DNA from: Lingula anatina
Lineage: Eukaryota > Animalia > Brachiopoda
Reading direction: 5' to 3'
Assembly (NCBI GenBank): GCA_051362555.1
Contig: CM120642.1
Coordinates: 12,772,001-12,836,000, forward strand
DNA: 64,000 bases
Shown: positions 39,701 to 54,700 of the stretch, piece by piece
Position numbering within the stretch: the stretch's first letter is position 1
Layout: each line of letters starts with the position of its first letter
Notes under the pieces: model-generated
Told to the model about the DNA's origin: nothing
Databases searched by the model: none
The model's input: the letters and a program-made list of their open reading frames with translations, nothing else
Position numbers and translations under genes: made by a program

Positions 39701-42700
39701 TCATTTCTTTTTACAGGACAAAGAAGATGACGAGCGACCACAACCGGACATGGACTTCACTCTTGGATCCAAGCTAAGGTTAATAAATTTTATTTTTTTG
39801 GGGTGGTGGGATGGGTAAATTGAATAAATCTAATCTAGTTTTTCGTTTCTTTTTACAGGACAAAGAAGATGACAAGCGACACCACCCAGACATCGACTTC
39901 ACTCTTGGATCCAAGGTGAGGTAAGTAAATTTATTTTTTTGGTGTGGTGGGATGGGTAAATTGAATAAATCTAATCTTGTTTTTCATTTCTACTGACAGG
40001 ACAAAGAAGATGACGAGCGACCCCACCTGGACATGGACTTCACTCTTGGATCCAAGCTAAGGTTAGTAAATTTTATTTTTTTGGGGTGGTGGGATGGGTA
40101 AATTGAATAAATCTAATATCTTTTTTCATTTCTTTTTACAGGACAAAGTAGATGACAAGCGACCCCAACCGGACATGGACCTCACTATTGGATCCAAGCT
40201 AAGGTTAGTAAATTTTATTTTTTTGGGGTGGTGGGATGGGTAAATTGAATAAATCTAATCTCGTTTTTCATTTCTTTTTACAGGACAAAGAAGATGACGA
40301 GCGACCCCACCCAGACATGGACTTCACTCTTGGATCCTAGCTAAGGTTAGTAAATTTTATTTTTTTGGTGTGGTGGGATGGGTAAATTGAATAAATCTAA
40401 TCTTGTTTTTCATTTCTAATTACAGGACAAAGAAGATGACGAGCGACCCCACCTGGACATGGACTTCACTCTTGGATCCAAGCTAAGGTTAGTAAATTTT
40501 ATTTTTTTGGGGTGGTGGGATGGGTACTTTTAATAAATCTAATCTAGTTTTTCATTTCTTTTTACAGGACAAAGAAGATGACGAGTGACCCCAGCCAGAC
40601 ATGGACTTCACTCTTGGATCCAAGCTAAGGTTAGTAAATTTTATTTTTTTGATGTGGTGGATTGGGTAAATTGAATAAATCTAATCTTGTTTTTCATTTA
40701 TTTTTACAGGACAAAGAAGATGACGAGCGACCCCAACCGGACATGGACTTCACTCTTGGATCCAAACTAAGGTTAGTAAATTTTATTTTTTGGGGTGGTG
40801 GGATGGGTAAATTGAATAAATCTAATCTTGTTTTTCATATCTTTTTACAGGACAAAGAAGATGACGAATGATCCGAACCGGACATGGACTTCACTCTTGG
40901 ATCCAAGCTAAGGTTAGTAAATTTTATTTTTTTGATGTGGTGGATTGGGTAAATTGAATAAATCTAATCTTGTTTTTCATTTCTATTTACAGGACAAAGA
41001 AGATGACGAACGACCCCACCTGGACATGGACTTCACTCTTGGATCCAAGCTAAGGTTAGTAAATTTTATTTTTTTGGGGTGGTGGGATGGGTAAATTGAA
41101 TAAATCTAATTTTGTTTTTCATTTCTTTTTACAGGACAAAGAAGATGACGAGCGACCCCACCTGGACATGGACTTCATTCTTGGATCCAAGCTAAGGTTA
41201 GTAAATTTTATTTTTTTGGGGTGGTGGGATGGGTACGTTTAATAAATCTAATCTAGTTTTTCATTTCTTTTTACAGGACAAAGAAGATGACGAGCGACCC
41301 CATCCAGACATGGACTTCACTCTTGGATCCAAGCTAAGGTTAGTAAATTTTATTTTTTTGATGTGGTGGATTGGGTAAATTGAATAAATCTAATCTTGTT
41401 TTTCATTTCTATTTACAGGACAAAGAAGATGACGAGCGACCCCACCTGGACATGGACTTCACTCTTGGATCCAAGCTAAGGTTAGTAAATTTTATTTTTT
41501 TGGTGTGGTGGGATGGGTAAATTGAATAAATCTAATCTAGTTTTTCATTTCTTTTTACAGGACAAAGAAGATGACGAGTGACCCCAGCCAGACATGGACT
41601 TCACTCTTGGATCCAAGCTAAGGTTAGTAAATTTTATTTTTTTGATGTGGTGGATTGGGTAAATTGAATAAATCTAATCTTGTTTTTCATTTATTTTTAC
41701 AGGACAAAGAAGATGACGAGCGACCCCAACCGGATATGGACTTCACTCTTGGATCCAAACTAAGGTTAGTAAATTTTATTTTTTTGATGTGGTGGATTGG
41801 GTAAATTGAATAAATCTAATCTTGTTTTTCATTTCTATTTACAGGACAAAGAAGATGACGAACGACCCCACCTGGACATGGACTTCACTCTTGGATCCAA
41901 GCTAAGGTCAGTAAATTTTATTTTTTTGGGGTGGTGGGATGGGTAAATTGAATAAATCTAATCTAGTTTTTCATTTCTTTTTACAGGACAAAGAAGATGA
42001 CGAGTGACCCCAGCCAGACATGGACTTCACTCTTGGATCCAAGCTAAGGTCAGTAAATTTTATTTTTTTGATGTGGTGGATTGGGTAAATTGAATAAATC
42101 TAATCTTGTTTTTCATTTATTTTTACAGGACAAAGAAGATGACGAGCGACCCCAACCGGACATGGATTTCACTCTTGGATCCAAGCTAAGGTTAGTGAAT
42201 TTTATTTTTTTGGGGTGGTGGGATGGGTAAATTGAATAAATCTAATCTTGTTTTTCATTTCTACTGACAGGACAAAGAAGATGACGAGCGACCCCACCTG
42301 GACATGGACTTCACTCTTGGATCCAAGCTAAGGTTAGTAAATTTTATTTTTTTGGGGTGGTGGGATGGGTAAATTGAATAAATCTAATATCTTTTTTCAT
42401 TTCTTTTTACAGGACAAAGTAGATGACAAGCGACCCCAACCGGACATGGACCTCACTATTGGATCCAAGCTAAGGTTAGTAAATTTTATTTTTTTGGGGT
42501 GGTGGGATGGGTAAATTGAATAAATCTAATCTCGTTTTGCATTTCTTTTTACAGGACAAAGAAGATGACGAGCGACCCCACCCAGACATGGACTTCACTC
42601 TTGGATCCAAGCTAAGGTTAGTAAATTTTATTTTTTTGGTGTGGTGGGATGGGTAAATTGAATAAATCTAATCTAGTTTTTCGTTTCTTTTTACAGGACA

Positions 42701-45700
42701 AAGAAGATGACGAGCGACCCCACCCAGACATGGACTTCACTCTTGGATCCTAGCTAAGGTTAGTAAATTTTATTTTTTTGGGGTGGTGGGATGGGTAAAT
42801 TGAATAAATCTAATCTAGTTTTTCGTTTCTTTTTACAGGACAAAGAAGATGACGAGCGACCCCACCCAGACATTGACTTCACTCTTGGATCCAAGCTAAG
42901 GTTAGTAAATTTTATTTTTTTGGGGTGGTGGGATGGGTAAATTGAATAAATCTAATCTAGTTTTTCGTTTCTTTTTACAGGACAAAGAAGATGACGAGCG
43001 ACCCCACCCAGACATCGACTTCACTCTTGGATCCAAGCTATGGTTAGTAAATTTAATTTTTTTGGGGGTGTTGGGATGGGAAAATGAATAAACCTAATCT
43101 CTTTTTTCATTTCTTTTTACAGGACAAAGAAGATGACGAACGACCCTAACCGGACAAGGACTTCACTCTTGGATCCAAGCTAAGGTTAGTAAATTTTATT
43201 TTTTTTGGGATGGTGGGATGGGTAAATTGAATAAATCTAATATCATTTTTCATTTCTTTTTACAGGACAAAGAAGATGACGAGTGACCCCACCCAGACAT
43301 CGACTTCACTCTTGGATCCAAGCTAAGGTAAGTAAATTTTATTTTTTTGGTGTGGTGGGATGGGTAAATTGAATAAATCTAATCTTGTTTTTCATTTCTT
43401 TTTACAGGACAAAGAAGATGAAGAGCGACCCCACCCGGACATGGACTTCACTCTTGGATCCAAGCTAAGGTTAGTAAATTTTATTTTTTTCGGGTGATGG
43501 GATGGGTAATTTGAATAAATCTAATCTTGTTTTTCATTTCTAATTACAGGACAAAGAAGATGACGAGCGACCCCACCTGGACATGGACTTCACTCTTGGA
43601 TCCAAGCTAAGGTTAGTAAATTTTATTTTTTTGGGGTGGTGGGATGGGTAAATTGAATAAATCTTATATCTTTTTTCATTTCTTTTTACAGGACAAAGTA
43701 GATGACTAACGACCCCAACCAGACATGGACCTCACTATTGGATCCTAGCTAAGGTTAGTAAATTTTATTTTTTTGGGGTGGTGGGATGGGTAAATTGAAT
43801 AAATCTAATCTAGTTTTTCGTTTCTTTTTACAGGACAAAGAAGATGACGAGAGACCCCACCCAGACATTGACTTCACTCTTGGATCCAAGCTAAGGTTAG
43901 TAAATTTTATTTTTTTGGTGTGGTGGGATGGGTAAATTGAATAAATCTAATCTTGTTTTTCATTTCTTTTTACAGGACAAAGAAGATGAAGAGCGACCCC
44001 ACCCGGACATGGACTTCACTCTTGGATCCAAGCTAAGGTTAGTAAATTTTATTTTTTTCGGGTGATGGGATGGGTAATTTGAATAAATCTAATCTTGTTT
44101 TTCATTTCTAATTACAGGACAAAGAAGATGACGAGCGACCCCACCTGGACATGGACTTCACTCTTGGATCCAAGCTAAGGTTAGTAAATTTTATTTTTTT
44201 GGGGTGGTGGGATGGGTAAATTGAATAAATCTTATATCTTTTTTCATTTCTTTTTACAGGACAAAGTAGATGACTAACGACCCCAACCAGACATGGACCT
44301 CACTATTGGATCCTAGCTAAGGTTAGTAAATTTTATTTTTTTGGGGTGGTGGGATGGGTAAATTGAATAAATCTAATCTAGTTTTTCGTTTCTTTTTACA
44401 GGACAAAGAAGATGACGAGAGACCCCACCCAGACATTGACTTCACTCTTGGATCCAAGCTAAGGTTAGTAAATTTTATTTTTTTGGGGTGGTGGGATGGG
44501 TAAATTGAATAAACCTAATCTCTTTTTTCATTTCTTTTTACAGGACAAAGAAGATGACGAACGACCCTAACCGGACAAGGACTTCACTCTTGGATCCAAG
44601 CTAAGGTTAGTAAATTTTATTTTTTTGGGGTGGTGGGATGGGTAAATTGAATAAATCTAATATTATTTTTCATTTCTTTTTACAGGACAAAGAAGATGAC
44701 GAGTGACCGCAACCGGACATAGACTTCACTCTTGGATCCAAGCTAAGGTTAGTAAATTTTATTTTTTTGGGGTGGTGGGATGGGTAAATTGAATAAATCT
44801 AATATCATTTTTCATTTCTTTTTACAGGACAAAGAAGATGACGAGTGACCCCACCCAGACATCGACTTCACTCTTGGATCTAAGCTAAGGTAAGTAAATT
44901 TTATTTTTTTGGTGTGGTGGGATGGGTAAATTGAATAAATCTAATCTTGTTTTTCATTTCTTTTTACAGGACAAAGAAGATGAAGAGCGACCCCACCCGG
45001 ACATGGACTTCACTCTTGGATCCAAGCTAAGGTTAGTAAATTTTATTTTTTTCGGGTGATGGGATGGGTAAATTGAATAAATCTAATCTTGTTTTTCATT
45101 TCTTTTTACAGGACAAAGAAAATGAAGAGCGACCCCACCCGGACATGGACTTCACTCTTGGATCCAAGCTAAGGTTAGTAAATTTTATTTTTTTCGGGTG
45201 ATGGGATGGGTAATTTGAATAAATCTAATCTTGTTTTTCATTTCTAATTACAGGACAAAGAAGATGACGAGCGACCCCACCTGATCATGGACTTCACTCT
45301 TGGATCCAAGCTAAGGTTAGTAAATTTTATTTTTTTGGGGTGGTGGGATGGGTAAATTGAATAAATCTAATCTAGTTTTTCGTTTCTTTTTACAGGACAA
45401 AAAAGATGACGAGCGACCCCACCCAGACATCGACTTCACTCTTGGATCCAAGCTAAGGTTAGTAAATTTTATTTTTTTGGGGTGGTGGGATGGGTAAATT
45501 GAATAAACCTAATCTCTTTTTTCATTTCTTTTTACAGGACAAAGAAGATGACGAACGACCCTAACCGGACAAGGACTTCACTCTTGGATCCAAGCTAAGG
45601 TTAGTAAATTTTATTTTTTTGGGATGGTGGGATGGGTAAATTGAATAAATCTAATATCATTTTTCATTTCTTTTTACAGGACAAAGAAGATGACGAGTGA

Positions 45701-48700
45701 CCCCACCCAGACATCGACTTCACTCTTGGATCCAAGCTAAGGTAAGTAAATTTTATTTTTTTGGTGTGGTGGGATGGGTAAATTGAATAAATCTAATCTT
45801 GTTTTTCATATCTTTTTACAGGACAAAGAAGATGAAGAGCGACCCCACCCGGACATGGACTTCACTCTTGGATCCAAGCTAAGGTTAGTAAATTTTATTT
45901 TTTTCGGGTGATGGGATGGGTAATTTGAATAAATCTAATCTTGTTTTTCATTTCTAATTACAGGACAAAGAAGATGACGAGCGACCCCACCTGGACATGG
46001 ACTTCACTCTTGGATCCAAGCTAAGGTTAGTAAATTTTATTTTTTTGGGGTGGTGGGATGGGTAAATTGAATAAATCTTATATCTTTTTTCATTTCTTTT
46101 TACAGGACAAAGTAGATGACTAGCGACCCCAACCGGACATGGACCTCACTATTGGATCCTAGCTAAGGTTAGTAAATTTTATTTTTTTGGGGCGGTGGGA
46201 TGGGTAAATTGAATAAATCTAATCTAGTTTTTCGTTTCTTTTTACAGGACAAAGAAGATGACGAGCGACCCCACCCAGACATTGACTTCACTCTTGGATC
46301 CAAGCTAAGGTTAGTAAATTTTATTTTTTTGGGGTGGTGGGATGGGTAAATTGAATAAACCTAATCTCTTTTTTCATTTCTTTTTACAGGACAAAGAAGA
46401 TGACAAACGACCCTAACCGGACAAGGACTTCACTCTTGGATCCAACTAAGGTTAGTAAATTTTATTTTTTTGGGGTGGTGGGATGGGTAAATTGAATAAA
46501 TCTAATCTTGTTTTTCATTTCTTTTTGCAGGACAAAGATGACGAGCGACCCTAGCCAGACATGGACTTCACTCTTGGATCCAAGCTAAGGTTAGTAAATT
46601 TTATTTTTTTGATGTGGTGGATTGGGTAAATTGAATAAATCTAATCTTGTTTTTCATTTATTTTTACAGGACAAAGAAGATGACAAGTGACCCCAACCAG
46701 ACATGGACTTCACTCTTGGATCTAAACTAAGGTTAGTAAAATTTATTTTTTGGGTCGGTGGGATGGGTAAATTAAATAAATCTAATCTTGTTTTTTATTT
46801 ATTTTTACAGGACAAAGAAGATGAAGAGCGACCCCACCCGGACATGGACTTCATTCTTGGATCCAAGCTAAGGTTGGTAAATTTTATTTTTTTGGGGTGG
46901 TTGGATGGGTAAAAGAATAAACCTAATCTCTTTTTTCATTTCTTTTTACAGGACAAAGAAGATGACGAACGGCCCAATCTGGACATGGACTTCACTCTTG
47001 GATCCAAGCTAAGGTTAGTAAATTTTATTTTTTTGGGGTGGTGGGATGGGTAAATTGAATAAATCTAATATCATTTTTCATTTCTTTTTACAGGACAAAG
47101 AAGATGACAAGCGACCCCACTCAGACATGGACTTCACTCTTGGATCCAAGCTAAGGTTAGTAAATTATATTTTTTTGGGGTGGTGGGATGGGTAAATTGA
47201 ATAAATCTAATATCATTTTTCATTTCTTTTTACAGGACAAAGTAGATGACTAGCGACCCCAACCGGACATGGACCTCACTATTGGATCCTAGCTAAGGTT
47301 AGTAAATTTTATTTTTTTGGGGCGGTGGGATGGGTAAATTGAATAAATCTAATCTAGTTTTTCGTTTCTTTTTACAGGACAAAGAAGATGACGAGCGACC
47401 CCACCCAGACATTGACTTCACTCTTGGATCCAAGCTAAGGTTAGTAAATTTTATTTTTTTGGGGTGGTGGGATGGGTAAATTGAATAAACCTAATCTCTT
47501 TTTTCATTTCTTTTTACAGGACAAAGAAGATGACGAACGACCCTAACCGGACAAGGACTTCACTCTTGGATCCAACTAAGGTAAGTAAATTTTATTTTTT
47601 TGGGGTGGTGGGATGGGTAAATTGAATAAATCTAATCTTGTTTTTCATTTCTTTTTGCAGGACAAAGATGACGAGCGACCCCAGCCAGACATGGACTTCA
47701 CTCTTGGATCCAAGCTAAGGTTAGTAAATTTTATTTTTTGATGTGGTGGATTGGGTAAATTGAATAAATCTAATCTTGTTTTTCATTTATTTTTACAGGA
47801 CAAAGAAGATGACAAGTGACCCCAACCAGACATGGACTTCACTCTTGGATCTAAACTAAGGTTAGTAAATTTTATTTTTTGGGGTGGTGGGATGGGTAAA
47901 TTAAATAAATCTAATCTTGTTTTTTATTTATTTTTACAGGACAAAGAAGATGAAGAGCGACCCCACCCGGACATGGACTTCATTCTTGGATCCAAGCTAA
48001 GGTTGGTAAATTTTATTTTTTTGGGGTGGTTGGATGGGTAAAAGAATAAACCTAATCTCTTTTTTCATTTCTTTTTACAGGACAAAGAAGATGACGAACG
48101 GCCCAATCTGGACATGGACTTCACTCTTGGATCCAAGCTAAGGTTAGTAAATTTTATTTTTTTAGGGTGGTGGGATGGGTAAATTGAATAAATCTAATAT
48201 CATTTTTCATTTCTTTTTACAGGACAAAGAAGATGACAATCGACCCCACTCAGACATGGACTTCACTCTTGGATCCAAGCTAAGGTTAGTAAATTATATT
48301 TTTTTGGGGTGGTGGGATGGGTAAATTGAATAAAACTAATCTAGTTTTTCATTTCTATTTACAGGACAAAGAAGATGACGAGCGACCCCACCTGGACATG
48401 GACTTCACTCTTGGATCCAAGCTAAGGTTAGTAAATTTTATATTTTGGGGTGGTGGGATGGGTAAATTGAATAAATCTAATCTTGTTTTTCATTTCTTTT
48501 TACAGGACAAAGATGACGAGCGACCCCAGCCAGACATGGACTTCACTCTTGGATCCAAGCTAAGGTTAGTAAATTTTATTTTTTTGATGTGGTGGATTGG
48601 GTAAATTGAATAAATCTAATCTTGTTTTTCATTTATTTTTACAGGACAAAGAAGATGACAAGTGACCCCAACCAGACATGGACTTCACTCTTGGATCTAA

Positions 48701-51700
48701 ACTAAGGTTAGTAAATTTTATTTTTTGGGGTGGTGGGATGGGTAAATTAAATAAATCTAATCTTGTTTTTTATTTATTTTTACAGGACAAAGAAGATGAA
48801 GAGCGACCCCACCCGGACATGGACTTCATTCTTGGATCCAAGCTAAGGTTGGTAAATTTTATTTTTTTGGGGTGGTTGGATGGGTAAAAGAATAAACCTA
48901 ATCTCTTTTTTCATTTCTTTTTACAGGACAAAGAAGATGACGAACGGCCCAATCTGGACATGGACTTCACTCTTGGATCCAAGCTAAGGTTAGTAAATTT
49001 TATTTTTTTAGGGTGGTGGGATGGGTAAATTGAATAAATCTAATATCATTTTTCATTTCTTTTTACAGGACAAAGAAGATGACAAGCGACCCCACTCAGA
49101 CATGGACTTCACTCTTGGATCCAAGCTAAGGTTAGTAAATTATATTTTTTTTGGGGTGGTGGGATGGGTAAATTGAATAAAACTAATCTAGTTTTTCATT
49201 TCTATTTACAGGACAAAGAAGATGACGAGCGACCCCACCTGGACATGGACTTCACTCTTGGATCCAAGCTAAGGTTAGTAAATTTTATATTTTGGGGTGG
49301 TGGGATGGGTAAATTGAATAAATCTAATCTTGTTTTTCATTTCTTTTTACAGGACAAAGATGACGAGCGACCCCAGCCAGACATGGACTTCACTCTTGGA
49401 TCCAAGCTAAGGTTAGTAAATTTTATTTTTTTGATGTGGTGGATTGGGTAAATTGAATAAATCTAATCTTGTTTTTCATTTATTTTTACAGGACAAAGAA
49501 GATGACGAGCGACCCCAACCGGACATGGACTTCACTCTTGGATCTAAACTAAGGTTAGTAAATTTTATTTTTTGGGGTGGTGGGATGGGTAAATTAAATA
49601 AATCTAATCTTGTTTTTTATTTCTTTTTACAGGACAAAGAAGATGAAGAGCGACCCCACCCGGACATGGACTTCATTCTTGCATCCAAGCTAAGGTTGGT
49701 AAATTTTATTTTTTTGGGGTGGTTGGATGGGTAAAATGAAAAAATCTAATCTTGATTTTCTTTTCTTTTTACAGGACAAAGAAGATGACGAGCGACCCCA
49801 CCCGGACATGGACTTCACTCTTGGATCCAAGCTAAGGTTAGTAAATTTTATTTTTTTGGGGGTGTTGGGATGGGTAAATGAATAAACCTAATCTCTTTTT
49901 TCATTTCTTTTTACAGGACAAAGAAGATGACGGGCCCAATTTTGACATGGACTTCACTCTTGGATCCAAGCTAAGGTTAGTAAATTTTATTTTTTTGGGG
50001 TGGTGGGATGGGTAAATTGAATAAACCTAATCTCTTTTTTCATTTCTTTTTACAGGACAAAGAAGATGACGAACGACCCTAACCGGACAAGGACTTCACT
50101 CTTGGATCCAACTAAGGTAAGTAAATTTTATTTTTTTGGGGTGGTGGGATGGGTAAATTGAATAAATCTAATCTTCTTTTTCATTTCTTTTTGCAGGACA
50201 AAGATGACGAGCGACCCCAGCCAGACATGGACTTCACTCTTGGATCCAAGCTAAGGTTAGTAAATTTTTTTTTTTTGATGTGGTGGATTGAGTAAATTGA
50301 ATAAATCTAATCTTGTTTTTCATTTATTTTTACAGGACAAAGAAGATGACAAGTGACCCCAACCAGACATGGACTTCACTCTTGGATCTAAACTAAGGTT
50401 AGTAAATTTTATTTTTTGGGGTGGTGGGATGGGTAAATTAAATAAATCTAATCTTGTTTTTTATTTATTTTTACAGGACAAAGAAGATGAAGAGCGACCC
50501 CACCCGGACATGGACTTCATTCTTGGATCCAAGCTAAGGTTGGTAAATTTTATTTTTTTGGGGTGGTTGGATGGGTAAAAGAATAAACCTAATCTCTTTT
50601 TTCATTTCTTTTTACAGGACAAAGAAGATGACGAACGGCCCAATCTGGACATGGACTTCACTCTTGGATCCAAGCTAAGGTTAGTAAATTTTATTTTTTT
50701 AGGGTGGTGGGATGGGTAAATTGAATAAATCTAATATCATTTTTCATTTCTTTTTACAGGACAAAGAAGATGACAAGCGACCCCACTCAGACATGGACTT
50801 CACTCTTGGATCCAAGCTAAGGTTAGTAAATTATATTTTTTTGGGGTGGTGGGATGGGTAAATTGAATAAAACTAATCTAGTTTTTCATTTCTATTTACA
50901 GGACAAAGAAGATGACGAGCGACCCCACCTGGACATGGACTTCACTCTTGGATCCAAGCTAAGGTTAGTAAATTTTATATTTTGGGGTGGTGGGATGGGT
51001 AAATTGAATAAATCTAATCTTGTTTTTCATTTCTTTTTACAGGACAAAGATGACGAGCGACCCCAGCCAGACATGGACTTCACTCTTGGATCCAAGCTAA
51101 GGTTAGTAAATTTTATTTTTTTGATGTGGTGGATTGGGTAAATTGAATAAATCTAATCTTGTTTTTCATTTATTTTTACAGGACAAAGAAGATGACGAGC
51201 GACCCCAACCGGACATGGACTTCACTCTTGGATCTAAACTAAGGTTAGTAAATTTTATTTTTTGGGGTGGTGGGATGGGTAAATTAAATAAATCTAATCT
51301 TGTTTTTTATTTCTTTTTACAGGACAAAGAAGATGAAGAGCGACCCCACCCGGACATGGACTTCATTCTTGCATCCAAGCTAAGGTTGGTAAATTTTATT
51401 TTTTTGGGGTGGTTGGATGGGTAAAATGAAAAAATCTAATCTTGATTTTCTTTTCTTTTTACAGGACAAAGAAGATGACGAGCGACCCCACCCGGACATG
51501 GACTTCACTCTTGGATCCAAGCTAAGGTTAGTAAATTTTATTTTTTTGGGGGTGTTGGGATGGGTAAATGAATAAACCTAATCTCTTTTTTCATTTCTTT
51601 TTACAGGACAAAGAAGATGACGGGCCCAATTTTGACATGGACTTCACTCTTGGATCCAAGCTAAGGTTAGTAAATTTTATTTTTTTGGGGTGGTGGGATG

Positions 51701-54700
51701 GGTAAATTGAATAAACCTAATCTCTTTTTTCATTTCTTTTTACAGGACAAAGAAGATGACGAACGACCCTAACCGGACAAGGACTTCACTCTTGGATCCA
51801 ACTAAGGTAAGTAAATTTTATTTTTTTGGGGTGGTGGGATGGGTAAATTGAATAAATCTAATCTTCTTTTTCATTTCTTTTTGCAGGACAAAGATGACGA
51901 GCGACCCCAGCCAGACATGGACTTCACTCTTGGATCCAAGCTAAGGTTAGTAAATTTTATTTTTTTGATGTGGTGGATTGAGTAAATTGAATAAATCTAA
52001 TCTTGTTTTTCATTTATTTTTACAGGACAAAGAAGATGACAAGTGACCCCAACCAGACATGGACTTCACTCTTGGATCTAAACTAAGGTTAGTAAATTTT
52101 ATTTTTTGGGGTGGTGGGATGGGTAAATTAAATAAATCTAATCTTGTTTTTTATTTATTTTTACAGGACAAAGAAGATGAAGAGCGACCCCACCCGGACA
52201 TGGACTTCATTCTTGGATCCAAGCTAAGGTTGGTAAATTTTATTTTTTTGGGGTGGTTGGATGGGTAAAAGAATAAACCTAATCTCTTTTTTCATTTCTT
52301 TTTACAGGACAAAGAAGATGACGAACGGCCCAATCTGGACATGGACTTCACTCTTGGATCCAAGCTAAGGTTAGTAAATTTTATTTTTTTAGGGTGGTGG
52401 GATGGGTAAATTGAATAAATCTAATATCATTTTTCATTTCTTTTTACAGGACAAAAAAGATGACAAGCGACCCCACTCAGACATGGACTTCACTCTTGGA
52501 TCCAAGCTAAGGTTAGTAAATTATATTTTTTTGGGGTGGTGGGATGGGTAAATTGAATAAAACTAATCTAGTTTTTCATTTCTATTTACAGGACAAAGAA
52601 GATGACGAGTGACCCCACCTGGACATGGACTTCACTCTTGGATCCAAGCTAAGGTTAGTAAATTTTATATTTTGGGGTGGTGGGATGGGTAAATTGAATA
52701 AATCTAATCTTGTTTTTCATTTCTTTTTACAGGACAAAGATGACGAGCGACCCCAGCCAGACATGGACTTCACTCTTGGATCCAAGCTAAGGTTAGTAAA
52801 TTTTATTTTTTTGATGTGGTGGATTGGGTAAATTGAATAAATCTAATCTTGTTTTTCATTTATTTTTACAGGACAAAGAAGATGACGAGCGACCCCAACC
52901 GGACATGGACTTCACTCTTGGATCTAAACTAAGGTTAGTAAATTTTATTTTTTGGGGTGGTGGGATGGGTAAATTAAATAAATCTAATCTTGTTTTTTAT
53001 TTCTTTTTACAGGACAAAGAAGATGAAGAGCGACCCCACCCGGACATGGACTTCATTCTTGCATCCAAGCTAAGGTTGGTAAATTTTATTTTTTTGGGGT
53101 GGTTGGATGGGTAAAATGAAAAAATCTAATCTTGATTTTCTTTTCTTTTTACAGGACAAAGAAGATGACGAGCGACCCCACCCGGACATGGACTTCACTG
53201 TTGGATCCAAGCTAAGGTTAGTAAATTTTATTTTTTTGGGGGTGTTGGGATGGGTAAATGAATAAACCTAATCTCTTTTTTCATTTCTTTTTACAGGACA
53301 AAGAAGATGACGAACGGCCCAATTTTGACATGGACTTCACTCTTGGATCCAAGCTAAGGTTAGTAAATTTTATTTTTTTGGGGTGGTGCAATGGGTAAAT
53401 TGAATAAATCTAATCTAGTTTTTCATTTTTATTTACAGGACAAAGAAGATGACGAACGGCCCAATCCGGACATGGACTTGACTCTTGGATCCAAGATAAG
53501 GTTAGTAAATTTTATTTTTTTTTGGGATGGTGGGATGGGTACTTTTAATAAATCTAATCTTGTTTTTCATTTCTATTTACAAGACAAAGAAGATGACGAG
53601 CCACCCCAACAGGACATTGACTTCACTCTTGGATTCAAGCTAAGGTTAGTAAATTTGATTTTTTTGTGGTGGTGGGATGGGTAAATTGAATAAATCTAAT
53701 CTTGTTTTTCATTTCTTTTTACAGGACAAAGAAGATGACGAGCGACCCCAACCGGACATGGACTTCACTCTTGGATCCAAGCTAAGGTTAGTAAATTTTA
53801 TTTTTTTGGGGTGGTGGGATGGGTAAATTGAATAAATCTAATATCATTTTTCATTTCTTTTTACATGATAAAGAAGATGACGAGCGACCCCAACCGGACA
53901 TGGACTTCACTCTTGGATCCAAGCTAAGGTTAGTAAATTTTATTTTTTTGGGGTGGTGGGATGGGTAAATTGAATAAATCTAATATCATTTTTCATTTCT
54001 TTTTACAGGACAAAGAAGATGACGAGCGACCCCAACCTGACATGGACTTCACTCTTGGATCCAAGCTAAGGTTAGTAAATTTTATTTTTTTGGGGTGGTG
54101 GGATGGGTAAATTGAATAAATCTAATCTAGTTTTTCTTTTCTATTTACAGGACAAAGAAGATGACGAGCGACCCCACCTGGACATGGACTTCACTCTTGG
54201 ATCCAAGCTAAGGTTAGTAAATTTTATATTTTGGGGTGGTGGGATGGGTAAATTGAATAAATCTAATCTTGTTTTTCATTTCTTTTTACAGGACAAAGAA
54301 GATGACGAGCGACCCCAGCCAGGCATGGACTTCACTCTTGGATCCAAGCTAAGGTTAGTAAATTTTATTTTTTTGATGTGGTGGATTGGGTAAATTGAAT
54401 AAATCTAATCTTGTTTTTCATTTATTTTTTACAGGACAAAAAAGATGACGAGCGACCCCAACCAGACATGGACTTCACTCTTGGATCTAAACTAAGGTTA
54501 GTAAATTTTATTTTTTGGGGTGGTGGGATGGGTAAATTGAATAAATCTAATCTTGTTTTTCATTTCTTTTTACAGGACAAAGAAGATGAAGAGCGACCCC
54601 ACCCGGACATGGACTTCATTCTTGCATCCAAGCTAAGGTTTGTAAATTTTATTTTTTTGGGGTGGTTGGATGGGTAAAAGAATAAACCTAATCTCTTTTT

